A model generated the notes under the pieces. That model was given only the letters and a program-made list of their open reading frames with translations, searched no databases and was not told the origin of the DNA. A stretch of 63,346 nt of DNA, the filler included, from Reclinomonas americana ATCC 50394 (lineage: Eukaryota), in NCBI GenBank assembly GCA_048213135.1. It is 13 parts of 13 records of this genome, joined end to end, with 100 filler letters (N's around TTAATTAATTAA, not from the genome) between each part and the next. Parts side by side here need not be neighbours in the genome. Positions count along the whole stretch, not along the records: positions 15,749 to 19,599 come from AFZH01021276.1; positions 19,700 to 25,615 come from AFZH01021277.1; positions 25,716 to 26,843 come from AFZH01021278.1; positions 26,944 to 40,805 come from AFZH01021279.1; 9 more parts are not named here. The stretch is one strand, 5' to 3'. Made by a program: the position numbers and the translations under genes. Shown piece after piece: positions 17,058 through 29,933 of this stretch. Position 1 is the first letter of the stretch; each line of letters begins with the position of its first letter.

Positions 17058-19599
17058 TCACTGATACTCGGCATCCACGGATGTTATGTTGTCGGCGCTG
17101 TCTTTGACGATGAACTCGATGGTGGTGCCGAAGCGGATGCGTACCTTGGAGGGGGTGAGATCACGCCTCAGAAAATGACAGAGAGAGTGATGGATGGAAC
17201 GCACCCAAAACTTGCGATGCTCCGCACACGGAATGTCAATGTGACAGAGCACCTTCCAGTATTTGGGTCGCACGCGGCTGATGCGCACCTTGGCTGGATA
17301 CTCGGGCTCGTCCATGTCGGAGCCCCACCCGCGAAACACGCACAGTGTGAAGGGAATGAGTTCCTGAGTGGCAGGCGAGTCAGCATCTATTTCTCACATT
17401 CTCCTTGATCGCTGCACACAAACCTGGTCGGGCTTGAGAGGCGAGTACGGTCCGTCGAACTCGGTGTCAAAGTCCTCCTGACCGCGGTGCGCCAGCACCT
17501 TGATAATGTCACACCGTTTCACTCCGTGGTCGTCGATCTGGACACAATCAGCACGGAAAGCGAGGCACACAAGTCTCGCAGCAGACGCACGCACAAACGT
17601 GTCCTCCTCGTTGTCGACGCCCGGCCGGTACTCCCGACTCGTGAGAACGCCGTACCAGAAGCGATTGACACGCCTCTCGACCGTCGGCACCGAGTTGTCC
17701 ATCATGGTGCTGGCCACACGCTCATGCAGCGCCACAGACGACGATGAGGAGGCGGTGCCGTCCACCGTGTCGATATCCTTGTCGCTCAGGCCCAGTGCCA
17801 ACTGGTACGCCAGGTGCTGACGACCGTAGATGGCGGCACCGGCCACGATCTGCAACTGCGGCTTCCAGGAGCGACACAGAATCGGTCGTCGACCGCCGTC
17901 GACCTGCCAAGCATCGGGTGTGAGAAGGGAGCAGGAGAGCAACTCTCGTGTGCCCGCACAGTGCGCACCAGCGGTTTGTTGATGCAGCACTCCTCAATAG
18001 TCTCGAACAGCAGATTGGACGCCGCAAACCCACCGCACAAGATCACCGTCAGCGACGAATCCTGCTCACCGCCCGGTGGTGGTCTCACACGCATCTCCAG
18101 CAGCTTGTTGATGTGGTTGGCAATGCGATCCACAATAATCTGCCGGAGGAGTCAGACACGCAGAAGAATGCTCGTGACTGCTACTGCATGCCTCACCGGA
18201 TCAAACACGAGTTTCTTCAGTGCGCCCGGCAGTATCCGCAGCATGGGCGTCACATCACCGTATCTAGTGCACGTGTGAATATGAAGCACGAAGCAACCAC
18301 CTTCAATCCCCATTGCCAGACGCAACTCCTCCTCCAATTGCACATCCTCCATCGACAATTCGTGTCGAGAGCGAAACGCCGGCAAGTTGGCCCGCACGAG
18401 ACCAATGGCCTCGGACTCGGTTAGGTACGGCAAGTGCGACAAGTCGACGATCAGTGGTAATGAGTAACTGGGGAATCGGAGCGAGAGTAAGCAAGTGATC
18501 CACCCTTGGTCACAATCTTTCTCCCCCACGCAACCTGTTGCTCTCCTTAAAATCAATCCACGCCTTGGCGACGTGCATGGCCTTTTGTCGCTCCCGCACA
18601 CTAAACTCGGTTGTGGCGCCTTCGGAGAGCAGCAGCGACACACGCTCGCGCCCAACCAGCTCGCCGAGGAGGCGATAGAAGCGGTCGTCGAGAGTGGTGG
18701 AGCCCCAGTGGCCACCCGACGACTCTCCACTCTGTCGGAACACAATGCGTGGTGGCGTCGACGGGTCAACCACGTCGGTATCTGCAGAGTCGTCTTCCAT
18801 GTCACTACCAGCAAAATCACCGTCGCCAGTGCAAACGGGTTCCACTCGCGACACTTGCAAGTCGGCCACATCCACTGTGCCGCCGCCGAGATCGACAGTC
18901 ATGAACTCGTCGCCGACACGTGGCACAGGCGACACCAAGTCTGCGGTCTTGGACGAGAGGATGGCCAGGCAAGCGGCCTCGGGCTCCAACGCCATCACCA
19001 GGCGCTTGCTGCCCTTGAAAGGGACGAGACCGGCATCGACGGCACAGATGCGCATTGCGTCTCGCGCCGCGTCACCCCAGATGGCCGGCACCGTGAGAAC
19101 CCAGATAATCGTCGCCAGATACTCTTCAATGTCTGTGACGCCCCGTGTTGGTTGCAGAGGGAACGAAGCGAAAAGGCACATCGTGATCGTGACGCAACCC
19201 GTGTCGGTTCCTCGTGCACTGCGGTAATCCTCCACGGTCTTGTCTCGCTGATCGCGTAATACGGCCGCAATGCACCTGGAGTCGCAAAGATCAGCCAAAT
19301 ACACAGAGCAACCACGAGTTCCCTGGGCGATCAACGAACTTGCGCAGTGGATACGAATGGCGGCCGAGTGAGCCGGGCACCTGAATCGAGTCGAAATCGC
19401 TGGCGTCTTCGCCTCGCAGAAGCATCTTGAAGAGGGAGACGCTGTCGTGACCGCGCATGGCCTGCGTCCTGGCCCCGACTCCAGTGACCTTTTTGCAACA
19501 GTGAGTCGAGGAACAGGAGGGTGGTGCCGGTCACGACAAATCAATCAAACCTCTGATGTTGCAGGATCGAAATGCACAACGGTGGCCTCGGGTCGCCCA
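17058..19599 (-). CDS. HSPA12-like atypical Hsp70, paralogue type A (5' end in gap)
   Basis: SLFKMLL, WVLTVPAIWGDAARDAMR, ALEPEAAC, VDLGGGTVDV, GGHWGSTTLDDRF, ILCGGFAAS, IVAGAAIYG and the terminal FGTTIEF are present; there is no EEVD. Confidence 0.85.
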
Positions 19600-19718
19600 N
19601 NNNNNNNNNNNNNNNNNNNNNNNNNNNNNNNNNNNNNNNNNNNTTAATTAATTAANNNNNNNNNNNNNNNNNNNNNNNNNNNNNNNNNNNNNNNNNNNNG
19701 ACGTCGTCGACATGGTCA

Positions 19719-22407
19719 TCACTTGTACGCTGCTTCTACGCACATGACGTTGCCGCCCGCAGGGTCGTCGGTCACGACGAATTCGATGCTGGTGCCGAAG
19801 CGGAGCTTGACCTGTAAAGGGGGAAGGGGAGAAGTGAGGGACAGAAGGGGAGAAGAGAGAGGGGGAAAAGCGGGAGAGAGGGGAAGTGAATGGAAGTGAG
19901 AGAAGACAGGGTACGGCAGGGGAGAAGAGGAGAAGTGAGGGACCCGAGGGAAGTGAATGGAATGAAGAGAAGCGAGGGAATGGGAGGGGAGAAGGTGGAA
20001 GCGATAGGGAGTGAGGAATAGCGAGTGGAGGGAGGACTGAGGGGAAGAAAAGGAGAGGGCGAGAAAGAAGGGACATGAAGAGAACAGAAAAGTTGAGAGG
20101 AGGCAAGGGAAACAAAGACAGCAACGCACCCAGAACATCTTGCCCGGCGAGCAGGGAATCTCGATGCTGCAGAGAAGCTTCCACACCGCCACATTCCGTC
20201 GCAGCTCGCGTCGCTTCACTGTGAAAGGGTATTCGGGATCGTCGGCCTCCGGTCCAGTGCCGCGGAAACACATCAGCGAGAAGGAGATGACAGGCTGGAC
20301 CGGAGTCGTGTGAGAGCATTGCCATAAGCGGTTGAAGAGTCAGCACACACGCACCTGTCCTTCGAATTCTGGCTCAAATGGACCATTAAAGTCCGTATCA
20401 ACGTCTTCCGTGCCTCGCTTCGCCAGAATGCGCACATGGGGCACGAGGAGACTGCCGTCGGGGTTCTCCTGCGAGAGCAGCGACGAGAGTGAGGAGAGAC
20501 GAAGAAGGAGGAAGCGAAATCCGGCTGGACACGCACCAAAATCATCTGCGTGTCGTCGAGCGCCTCGCCTTCACGCACTCGTCGGTACGACAGCACACCA
20601 TACCAATACCGATGCAAGCGGCCTTCCACCATGGGCACCGAGTCATCGACGCCGTCTCCACTGGAGCCGGCCGCGGCAGACTTCTTGGCGTCGGCGAGTG
20701 CCTGGGCCAGACGCTGTCGGCCGTACAGTGCGGCACCAGAGACGATTTGCAGTTGTGGGTTGAGGGCGCGGCACAAGACGGGGCGACCGATGGCTTCGGC
20801 CTGCCAGCAGGCAACGCGAGGGTGAGGAGTGAGATGGCGAGGGAGGCGAGCAAGAGAAAGAGACGCACCAACGGCGTGTTGATGCAGGTGCGCTCGATCG
20901 TGTCGAAGAGGTACTCACTCTTGGCGAATCCGCCACACAGAATGAGCTTGAGGCGAGAGCGCGACGACGGATCGCGGCGCTTCCTCCTGGTCTCGAACAG
21001 CTTGCTGACGTGTTGTGCGATCTCATTCTTCATGATCTGCGAGTGGACGGCGAGTGAGCGCGAAAGAAAGAGAGATAGAGAAGCTTGCATCACAGTGCAC
21101 ACACACCGGGTCAAACACCAACTGCTTCAGTGCGTGGCTCGACAGTTGGAGAACAGGTGACACTTGCCCGTATCTGTGTGCAGGAGGTCAGCTCAGCGAG
21201 TTCAAGATCTCCGCTTGGTAAACCGCAACTCCGTGGTCAGCATCACATCCTCGTCAGACAGTCCGTGTCGTGCACGGAACACCGGCAGCGCCTCACTTGC
21301 CAGCTCAATGGCCTCGTCCTCCGAGTCGCACAGCTTGGACAGATCCAACTGCAGCGGCACCTCGTAACTGCGTGCACGTGTCAGAAAGACTGCTTCCGTG
21401 TCCTAGTCGACGAAGACGCAACGAGTTACCCTCCTTGTACTTGATCCACTCCCTGGCCAACTCCTGTGCGCTATTCAGCTTCTTCTGGCGGCCACGCAGC
21501 TGCATGTCGGCGGCCACCACAGCACCGCCAGAGAGCAGCGGCGACAAGCGCTCGTGACCGAGCAGCTCACCCAGCAATCGGTACAGCCGATCGTCGAGTG
21601 CGGTGGAGCCCCAGTGCCCGCCCGACGACTCGCCGCTCTGGCAGAACACAATGTGCGGCAGCGTCGACGAGCCGGGGCCAGGCACCACACGACGGATCTG
21701 CAACGTGGCCACATCGACCGTTCCACCGCCGCAGTCCACCGTCATGTACTCGTCGCCCACCTCCGGCATGTCGGCACTGCCACTGCCCTGCCGCATCAAC
21801 GCCTCGCCCGACATGGCCGCCAAGCACGCCGACTCCGGCTCCAGCGCAATGTACAGCCGCTTGCTGCTCTTGAACAGAACCAACCCCGCGTCCACTGCAC
21901 ACACTCGCATGGCGTCACGTGCGGCGTCGCTCCAGATCGCCGGCACAGTCAGCACCCAGATGATCGTCGACAGGTACTGCTCCACATCTGCGCCGACAGC
22001 ACGAGTGAGGGGGGGGGGTGGGTGGGGAAGGAGGTTGGACGACGACGGAGAAATCACACCGACATCAGTGCCACTGGCGGTTCGATACTCGCGCACCGTC
22101 TTCTCCTTCTGATCGCGCAAGACCGCAGCAATGCACCTGCAGCGTGTGTGTCAGTGGCTATGCAGACACACAAGTAGAGGCAGACACAGATACTCACTGG
22201 CGAAGAGGATACGAGCGCTTGCCCAATGCGCCCGGCACCATGACCGAGTCAAAGGCATTGGCACCCTCGTCCTTCTGCAGCATCTTAAACAGCAGCATCT
22301 TAAACAGTGACACACTGTCTGCTCCACGCGCCTGCTGTTGCGTGCCAATGACCTGTATGCCGATCGCAGGGCGGACAACAATCAGCGCGCATGAGAGTGA
22401 GTGTGCG

Positions 22408-22442
<35 letters not shown>

Positions 22443-22694
22443 CACACACACCTCTCCTGTCTCTGGGTTGAAGTAGACGCATGTGGGCTCTGGTCTTCCG
22501 ACGCGACTCAGAGTAGCTGCCACCACTCCACTCTCGGCTTGCTGTACATCGCTGAGAGAGGCACCGGGAGCAAGGGCCAGACGCTTGGTGAATGATGTGC
22601 CCAGGTCGATGGCCACCACAGTGGCCTCGCTGACCTCGGGGAGGGCTTCGGAGGGGGGCACGGAGGCGCCGGAGAAGGAGCCACTGCATGACAT
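19719..22694 (-). CDS. HSPA12-like atypical Hsp70, paralogue type B, copy 1
   Basis: VVAIDLGTSFTK, WVLTVPAIWSDAARDAMR, ALEPESAC, VDCGGGTVDV, GGHWGSTALDD, LILCGGFAKSEYL, IVSGAALYG, FGTSIEF. Confidence 0.85.
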
Positions 22695-22932
22695 TGATTG
22701 ATGACGACGTCGAGAAGAGTGTAGAGTTATGTATGTGGGGGACGGAAAATTGACAGCAGATGGACGGGGCTGCTGACGACAGCGGCGACGTTTCCGCTTG
22801 TGCTGTGGTGCATGCAGGGTGGAGAGTGTACAGGGTGGCGCGCGTGGTGTGCCCAGAAGCGCGTTATGGCAGGCGTTGCGCGTGTAGTATTGAGATCGAT
22901 ATCGAGAAAACACGACAAGAGCAGTGTCGCAG

Positions 22933-23100
22933 GCTTCGCACACTCCCCCCCTTGAATGCCTTATATGAGGTCTCCCATTGCAAGGGTTAAGGGTAACGGG
23001 TTAAGGATCACGACCCGAGGGTCAAGAACAAAGGGTCAAGGAGCAAAAGCTATGAAAAGGGGGGTATAAATGGCATGTAAAGGGGGGGAGTGTGCGAAGC
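22933..23100. mobile_element. 168-bp MITE-like element with 21-bp perfect terminal inverted repeats
   Basis: GCTTCGCACACTCCCCCCCTT (22933-22953) pairs with AAGGGGGGGAGTGTGCGAAGC (23080-23100). The element is absent at the homologous position of the duplicate (about 30160-30185). No clear TSD. Confidence 0.7.
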
Positions 23101-23221
23101 ACGTAACAGCAGTGCACGCGTTTGTCCACGTTGCTGCAGTGTGCTGCGGATGCACAGTGAAGGGCGCGGAGGGATGCAACTGCTCGCAGCGTGCTCAGAG
23201 CCTTCTGCGTTGCTACACAGC

Positions 23222-25615
23222 CAGGACTGTCCCATGCCGTACGGCACCGGAACAATTCGGCAACGGTGCCGTCCGGCACCGTCCGGTGGAAATCCTCCCT
23301 TAGTGAACCCTTCCATGCAACGAATGAATACGGTACCGTCCACGGTACCGGCTCGGCACCGTCCGGGCACATTTCTCCCACTTCCCTCTGCATAGCCCGG
23401 CCCGGCAGTCGACAAAAAAGGAGAAAAAACTCACCTGTTCTGCAGAATGAAGCTCATCCGGCGTCGTCCGGTGCCGGCACGGTGCCCATTTTTAGCCGCG
23501 GCTGCCCGCCCCCGGCCGCCCCCGCCCCCGCTCCGCTTTGCATGCGCTCCCTTGCCCCACCACCCACCAACTACAACAGGCGATGGATTCACTCATACTC
23601 ATACAAAATGCTCTATTAGAGAGAAAAACAAAGAAAAAAACACCAGAGTCGAAACTCGTGAAGTCCTCCGCATAGCGTTGACCCAGGAAGCGCCCACAGT
23701 CCCGAGAAGCATCCATCACCCAGCATTCGGTGGCACACGAACTGCTAGCACAATCCAGCTCCACTCCAGAAGGATCCAGCACCTCCGTATCACCGTCACC
23801 AGACGAGGTCGACCTCCTCCTTGTAACAGCTTGGCAGCAGCACATGCAAAGAGCCATCCAGCGTCACAAGCGTTCCACAAGCAAGTCTGGGCACCATCGT
23901 AAACAGCCGATCCGCCGTCAAGCGGAGACGCAAGCACCCGTCATTCGGCAGCAATGCAGTCAAGTCTTAAAAAACATTGCCGTGAACGAACTCCACAGAG
24001 CCTCCACGAAGATGAGCGAGTATCTGCACGGCGAACGTCGCATGAGAACGTGCAGTTCGTACAGCGCGCAGTGTCTCACAATGCATCTGTGCATCAAGTC
24101 AGCAGGAGGACTGAGAGGAGAGAGAGTGAGACTCACCATCAAACCGAATGTACTATCTGTGCCACTTGGTTCCTTCGAATGCACCATCGTCAATGCTGTT
24201 GCTCGGTTGAGCAAGAAGCTGCTGCGATACAGTGTCAACCAACCGTGATCATGGAGCACATGGCACTTCACAGCTTATGCTCACCTCGTCGAGAACGGAG
24301 ACAGCACCAAGAGACATGTCTGCCACAAAACAGCACACCACGACGCACATCGCAGTCGCCGGGAGCACGCACTACTCATGGATACCGACGACACGAGTGG
24401 CAGTGCAACGGTACCGGTGTTAACATGTAACAACGAAGACGACGCTGCGTTGAAGAAGACGGGCCAGATACAATCGATATCAATCACACCGATCGCTAAC
24501 GCCGAGAATTGCAGCAATGCTGCTCAACGAGAGAGAGAACAGACGGCGCAAGAGGTTACGAGTGCTCACATGAGATGAGAAGCGTGTGCGAGGACACCAC
24601 AACAGCCAAACCTCAAAGAGATCATGGATGATGTGCGTTATCACGAGCTCGCAGGCAGCAAGGCACGCACCAACGCTGCATAGTGGTTCACTGTGCTGCT
24701 ACAGACGACGGCCTCTTCGGTGAGTGACATGCTCGGAAAAATGCTCAAACAAATAAGTCATCACTCACGATGGGAACGACGTGGCACGGCACACGCGCAT
24801 CAACAGTGGGCCACTCTCACATGCATCACTAAGTGTGTGCTGGAGAAGCCTGTCTCGACGCAAGGATACGCAGGCATGAACAAGGGTGAGCAAGGAAGCA
24901 CAGCGGAAAAATGCTCAAACAACAAAAAACGCTCACTCACCACGCCAAGACGGCAGAGGCTCAAGCAGCATGAGTAGTGAACATGGTCAGAGAGGGACAG
25001 CACACGGATCAACTCTGTGCACTTGACACACGGAGAGCGACTTCTGCGCGCGGAAGCAAGCGCAAGAGACAAGTCGTCGGTTGATCACAGTGGAATGGCA
25101 GAATGCTCACTCGCAAAGAAACAGCGGCAGCGGTGCACTGCTGCAGCACACAACACTGTGAAGATGTGCCAACCGCTCGTCCATGTCGACAGTGGATTCG
25201 ACTGTGGCACGAGAGATACATCAACACAAGCACCACACCACTGAAGCGCACATGCAGAAGATGGCACGCTGGCCGCGCGCTGGCCGCTGCGCTGGCGAGT
25301 GATCACGAAGCGACAATGGTCGTGGTCTCGCAATGCTCACGTGCATGGCTGGGCTCGAGTGGTGATGCGTGATCAATGCGTGAGGATGCCATGCATTCTC
25401 GCGACACCGTTCGGTGATGCAGGATGTCAGAGACGGTGCCGTTCGGAGACTCGTGGAGGTGGTGAGTAACCGGACGGCACCGTCCGGCGGCGCAGAAGAA
25501 TGGTCACGGTGCCGGGTGGCGGTGAGTAACCGGACGGCATCGGAATCGCTGGCGATAGCCGAATTCGAACTGTCCGGCACCGGACCTCTTCGAGCTTTGC
25601 CCGTCACCGTACCGA
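23222..25615. mobile_element. Putative degenerate hAT-like DNA transposon insertion (right end in gap)
   Basis: It begins CAGGACTG, and clusters of CGGCACCG/CGGTGCCG/CGGTACCG subterminal repeats occur at both ends (23240-23490, 25400-25615). It interrupts sequence that is contiguous in the duplicate (about 30270-30300). No intact transposase ORF was recognised. Confidence 0.55.
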
Positions 25616-25715
25616 NNNNNNNNNNNNNNNNNNNNNNNNNNNNNNNNNNNNNNNNNNNNTTAATTAATTAANNNNNNNNNNNNNNNNNNNNNNNNNNNNN
25701 NNNNNNNNNNNNNNN

Positions 25716-26348
25716 CGCACTCGCGATATCGAGGAATGGCAGCTGCAGACGAAAACGCGACGCTGCAGTGTGTTATGCATGTGCAGTGGAGGCTGTCACA
25801 CAGAGCGCACATGCCTGCTGTGCAAGCAGGGCGTTGTGGCAACGATCGCACTCGCGATCGATACTGAGAGCAAAACACGACAACACGACAAAACGATGCT
25901 TCGTCCACGCAGCCTCCTGCTCGGTTTCCACAAAGTGCAGGAACGAATGCACCTTCCACTGTGCTTCTTGGGGTTGTCTGCCACTTGCATAAAGCGATAT
26001 CGAGTCGCGCATGGGATCGAGTCGCCACCGATCGCGAGTCGCGGGTAAATACGACCGCGACGTCGACTGGCCACCACACTCGCCACTGCATGCACCCCCA
26101 ATGGCCTCATGCAATCGTCCGTGCGCAACATCAATGATATCGCACCACAAACATGTACACCAGTTGCAACCTGACAAAAAGGCGACTGACTGGCGGCGAG
26201 AGCACGAAGGCGGACACAAGCTGTCACACCCTCATTCCTGTGTGCGCGTGTGAGAGAGAGCGAAGAGATGGGCACCTGCTGCGCATGCAGCGCAGACTCG
26301 CGATCGGTGACTCCTCGCTCACCGACAAAGGCACCACCGCGCCACAAT
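25716..26348. repeat. Segmental duplicate of about 30300-30913 (intergenic region plus first exon of the MGTCC gene)
   Basis: Near-identical blocks in both places, e.g. tgcttcgtccacgcagcctcctgctcggtttccacaaagt and cgacgtcgactggccaccacactcgccactgcatgcaccccc. Confidence 0.9.
26268..26348 (+). pseudogene. Truncated copy of exon 1 of the MGTCC (Mieap/GrpE-like) gene
   Basis: MGTCCACSADSRSVTPRSPTKAPPRHN versus MGTCCSADSVTPRSPTKMPPRHN at 30845; homology stops abruptly at 26348. Confidence 0.8.
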
Positions 26349-26843
26349 ACCGTGAGCACCCAGATAATCGTCGCCGGATACACTTCAATGTCTGTGACGC
26401 CCAGTGTTTGCGCATGCAGAGGAACGAAGCGAAGAGAAATATCGTGATCGTGACGCAACCCGTGTCGGTTCCTCGCGCGCTTCGATAATCCTCCACGGTC
26501 TTGTCTCGCTGATCGCGTAATACGGCCGCAATGCACCTGGTGTTGCAAGGATCAGCAAACGCAGAACAGCGACAAGTTCAGCGGGCAACGAACTTGCGCA
26601 GTGGATACGAATGGCGACCGAGTGAGCCGGGCACCTGAATCGAGTCGAAATCGCTGGCGTCTTCGCCTCGCAGAAGCATCTTGAAGAGGGAGACGCTGTC
26701 GTGACCGCGCATGGCCTGCGTCCTGGCCCCGACTCCAGTGACCTTTTTGCAACAGTGAGTCGAGGAACAGGAGGGTGGTGCAGGTTACGACAAATCAATC
26801 AAACCTCTGATGTTGCAGGATCGAAATGCACAACGGTCGCCCT
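26349..26843 (-). pseudogene. 3'-truncated copy of HSPA12-like type A
   Basis: Near-identical to 19090-19599 (VSLFKMLLRGEDASDFDSIQVPGSLGRHSYPLR...TIIWVLTV), then breaks after WVLTV. Confidence 0.85.
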
Positions 26844-26959
26844 NNNNNNNNNNNNNNNNNNNNNNNNNNNNNNNNNNNNNNNNNNNNTTAATTAATTAAN
26901 NNNNNNNNNNNNNNNNNNNNNNNNNNNNNNNNNNNNNNNNNNNGGCGTCGTCGTCGCTG

Positions 26960-29933
26960 TTACTGATACGCAGCTTCCACGGACATGACGTTGCCGCCCG
27001 CAGGGTCGTCGGTCACGACGAATTCGATGCTGGTGCCGAAGCGGAGCTTGACCTGTAAAGGGGGAAGGGGAGAAGGGAGAGGGGGAGGAAGGGAGAGAGG
27101 GGAGAAGGCAGAAGTGAGGGGAAGCGAGGGAAGTGAGAGAAGACAGGGTATGGCAGGGGAGAAAAGGAGAAGTGAGGGAACCGAGAGAAGTGAAGGGAAG
27201 TGAAGAGAGGTGAAGGGAAGTGAAAGAAATGAGAGAAGCGAGGAAATGGGAGGGGAGCAGGCGGAAGCGATAGGGAGTGAGGAATAGCGAGTGGAGGGAG
27301 GACTGAGGGGAAGAAAAAGAGGGGGCCTGAAAGAAGGGAACAGGGAAAACGGAGAGAGAGAGTAACGCACCCAGAACATCTTGCCTGGCGAGCAGGGAAT
27401 CTCCAGGTTGCACAGTGGCTTCCACACCGCCACATTCCGTCGCAGCTCGCGTCGCTTCACTGTGAACGGGTATTCGGGATCGTCGGCCTCCGGACCGATG
27501 CCGCGGAAACACAGCAGCGAGAAAGGGATGACAGGCTGGACCGAGTCGTGTGAGCGCATAGCCAGGAGAGCTCGAGGTCGAAAGAGTCACCACACACGCA
27601 CCTGTCCTTCGTGCTCGGGCTGAAACGGACCATCGTAGTCGGTGTCCAAGTCTTCCTTGCCGCGCTCCGCCAGGATGCTCACGTAGGGCACGAGGAGACT
27701 GCCGTCGGGGTTCTCCTGCGAGAGCAGCGACGCGGGTGAGGAGAAGCGAAGAAGGAGGAAACGTAAGTCTGGCTCCACACGCACCACAATAATCTGCGTG
27801 TCGTCGAGCGCCTCGCCTTCGCGCACACGTCGATGCGACAGCACACCGTACCAATATCGATGCAAGCGGCCTTCCACCATGGGCACCGAGTCGTCGACGC
27901 CGTCTCCACTGGAGCCGGCCGCGGCAGACTTCTTGACGTCGGCCAGTGCCTTGGCCAGGCGCTGTCGGCCGTAGAGTGCAGCACCGGAGACGATTTGCAG
28001 TTGTGGGTTGAGGGCGCGGCACAAGACGGGGCGACCGATGGCTTCAGCCTGCCAGCAGGCAATGCGCGGTTGAGGAGTGAGATGACGAGGGAGGCGAACA
28101 AGAGGGGGAGACGCACCAACGGCGTGTTGATGCAGCTGCGCTCGATTGTGTCGAACAGGTATTCGCATTCGGCAAATCCGCCACACAGAATGAGCTTGAG
28201 GCGAGAGTGCGACGACGGATCGCGGTGCTTCCTCCTGGTCTCGAATAGCTTGTTGACATGTTGTGCAATCTCGTCCTTCATGATCTGCGGGTGCACGGCG
28301 AGTGAGCGCGAAAGAAAGAGAGAGAGAGAGAGAAAGAGTGCGCCTCTGTTCACACGCACCGGATCAAACACCAACTGCTTCAGTGCGTGGCTCGACAGTT
28401 GGAGAACGGGTGACACTTGCCCGTATCTGAGCGCAGAAGGTCAGCTCAGCGAATCCGTGCACTTTGCGAGGTCGTACGCAACTCCGTGGTCAGCATCACA
28501 TCCTCGTCAGCCAGTCCGTGTCGTGCACGGAACACCGGCAGCGCTTCGCTTGCCAGCTCAATGGCCTCGTCCTCCGAGTCGCACAGCTTGGCCAGATCCA
28601 ACTGCAGCGGCACCTCGTAACTGCGCGCACGTGTCAGCTTGCCTTGTCTGCTTCCGTCTCACTCTTCGACAAAGACGCAACGAGTTATCCTCCTTGAAGC
28701 TGATCCACTCTTTGGCCACCTCCTGCGCGCTGATCAGCTTCTTCTGACGGTCGCGCAGCTGCATGTCGGCGGCCACCACAGCACCGCCAGAGAGCAGCGG
28801 CGACAAGCGCTCGTGACCGAGCAGCTCGCCCAGCAATCGGTACAGCCGGTCGTCGAGTGTGGTGGAGCCCCAGTGCCCGCCCGACGACTCGCCGCTCTGG
28901 CGGAACACAATGTGCGGCAGCGTCGACGAGTCGGGGCCAGGCACCACACGACGGATCTGCAACGTGGCCACATCGACCGTTCCACCGCCGCCGTCCACCG
29001 TCATGTACTCGTCGCCCACATCCGGCATATCCGCACCGCCACTGCCCTGCCGCATCAACGCCTCTCCCGACATGGCCGCCAAGCACGCCGACTCCGGCTC
29101 CAGCGCAATGTACAGCCGCTTGCTGCTCTTGAACGGAACCAACCCCGCGTCCACCGCACACACTCGCATGGCGTCACGTGCACCGTCGCTCCAGATCGCC
29201 GGCACAGTCAGCACCCAGATGATCGTCGACAGGTAGTGCTCCACATCTGCACCGACAGCACGAGTGAGGGGGGGGGTGGGGAGGAAGGAGGTTGGACGAC
29301 GACGGAGAAATCACACCGGCATCAGTGCCACGGGCGGTTCGGTAGTCGCGCAGCGTCTTCTCCTTCTGATCGCGCAAGACCGCAGCAATGCACCTATTGC
29401 CTATGTGTCAGTGGCCACGTATGACAGAGAGGAAGAGGCAGACACAGATACTCACTGGCGAAGAGGATACGAGCGCTTGCCCAATGCGCCCGGCACCATG
29501 ACCGAGTCAAAGGCATTGGCGCCCTCGTCCTTCAGCAGCATCTTGAACAGCGACACACTGTCTGCTCCACGCGCCTGCTGCGTGCGGGCGCCCACACCAA
29601 CAACCTGTATGCCGATCGCACGGCGGACAACAATCAGCACGAGTGTAAGTGAGGGTGTGCAAGAGAGAGAGACGCACTCACCTCTCCTGTCTCTGGGTTA
29701 AAGTAGACGCATGTGGGCTCTGGTCTTCCCACGCGACTCAGAGTGGCTGCCACCACTCCACTCTTGGCTTGCTGCAGATCGCTGAGAGAGGCACCGGGAG
29801 CGAGGGCGAGGCGCTTAGTGAATGATGTGCCCAGGTCGATGGCCACCACAGTGGCCTCGCTGACCTCGGGGAGGGCTTCGGAGGGGGGAACGGAGGCGCC
29901 TGAGGCGCCGGAGGCGGAGCCACTGCACGACAT
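26960..29933 (-). CDS. HSPA12-like atypical Hsp70, paralogue type B, copy 2
   Basis: Same exon structure and motifs as 19719-22694: IDLGTSFTK, LEPESAC, VDGGGGTVDV, CGGFAECEYL, FGTSIEF. Confidence 0.85.
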
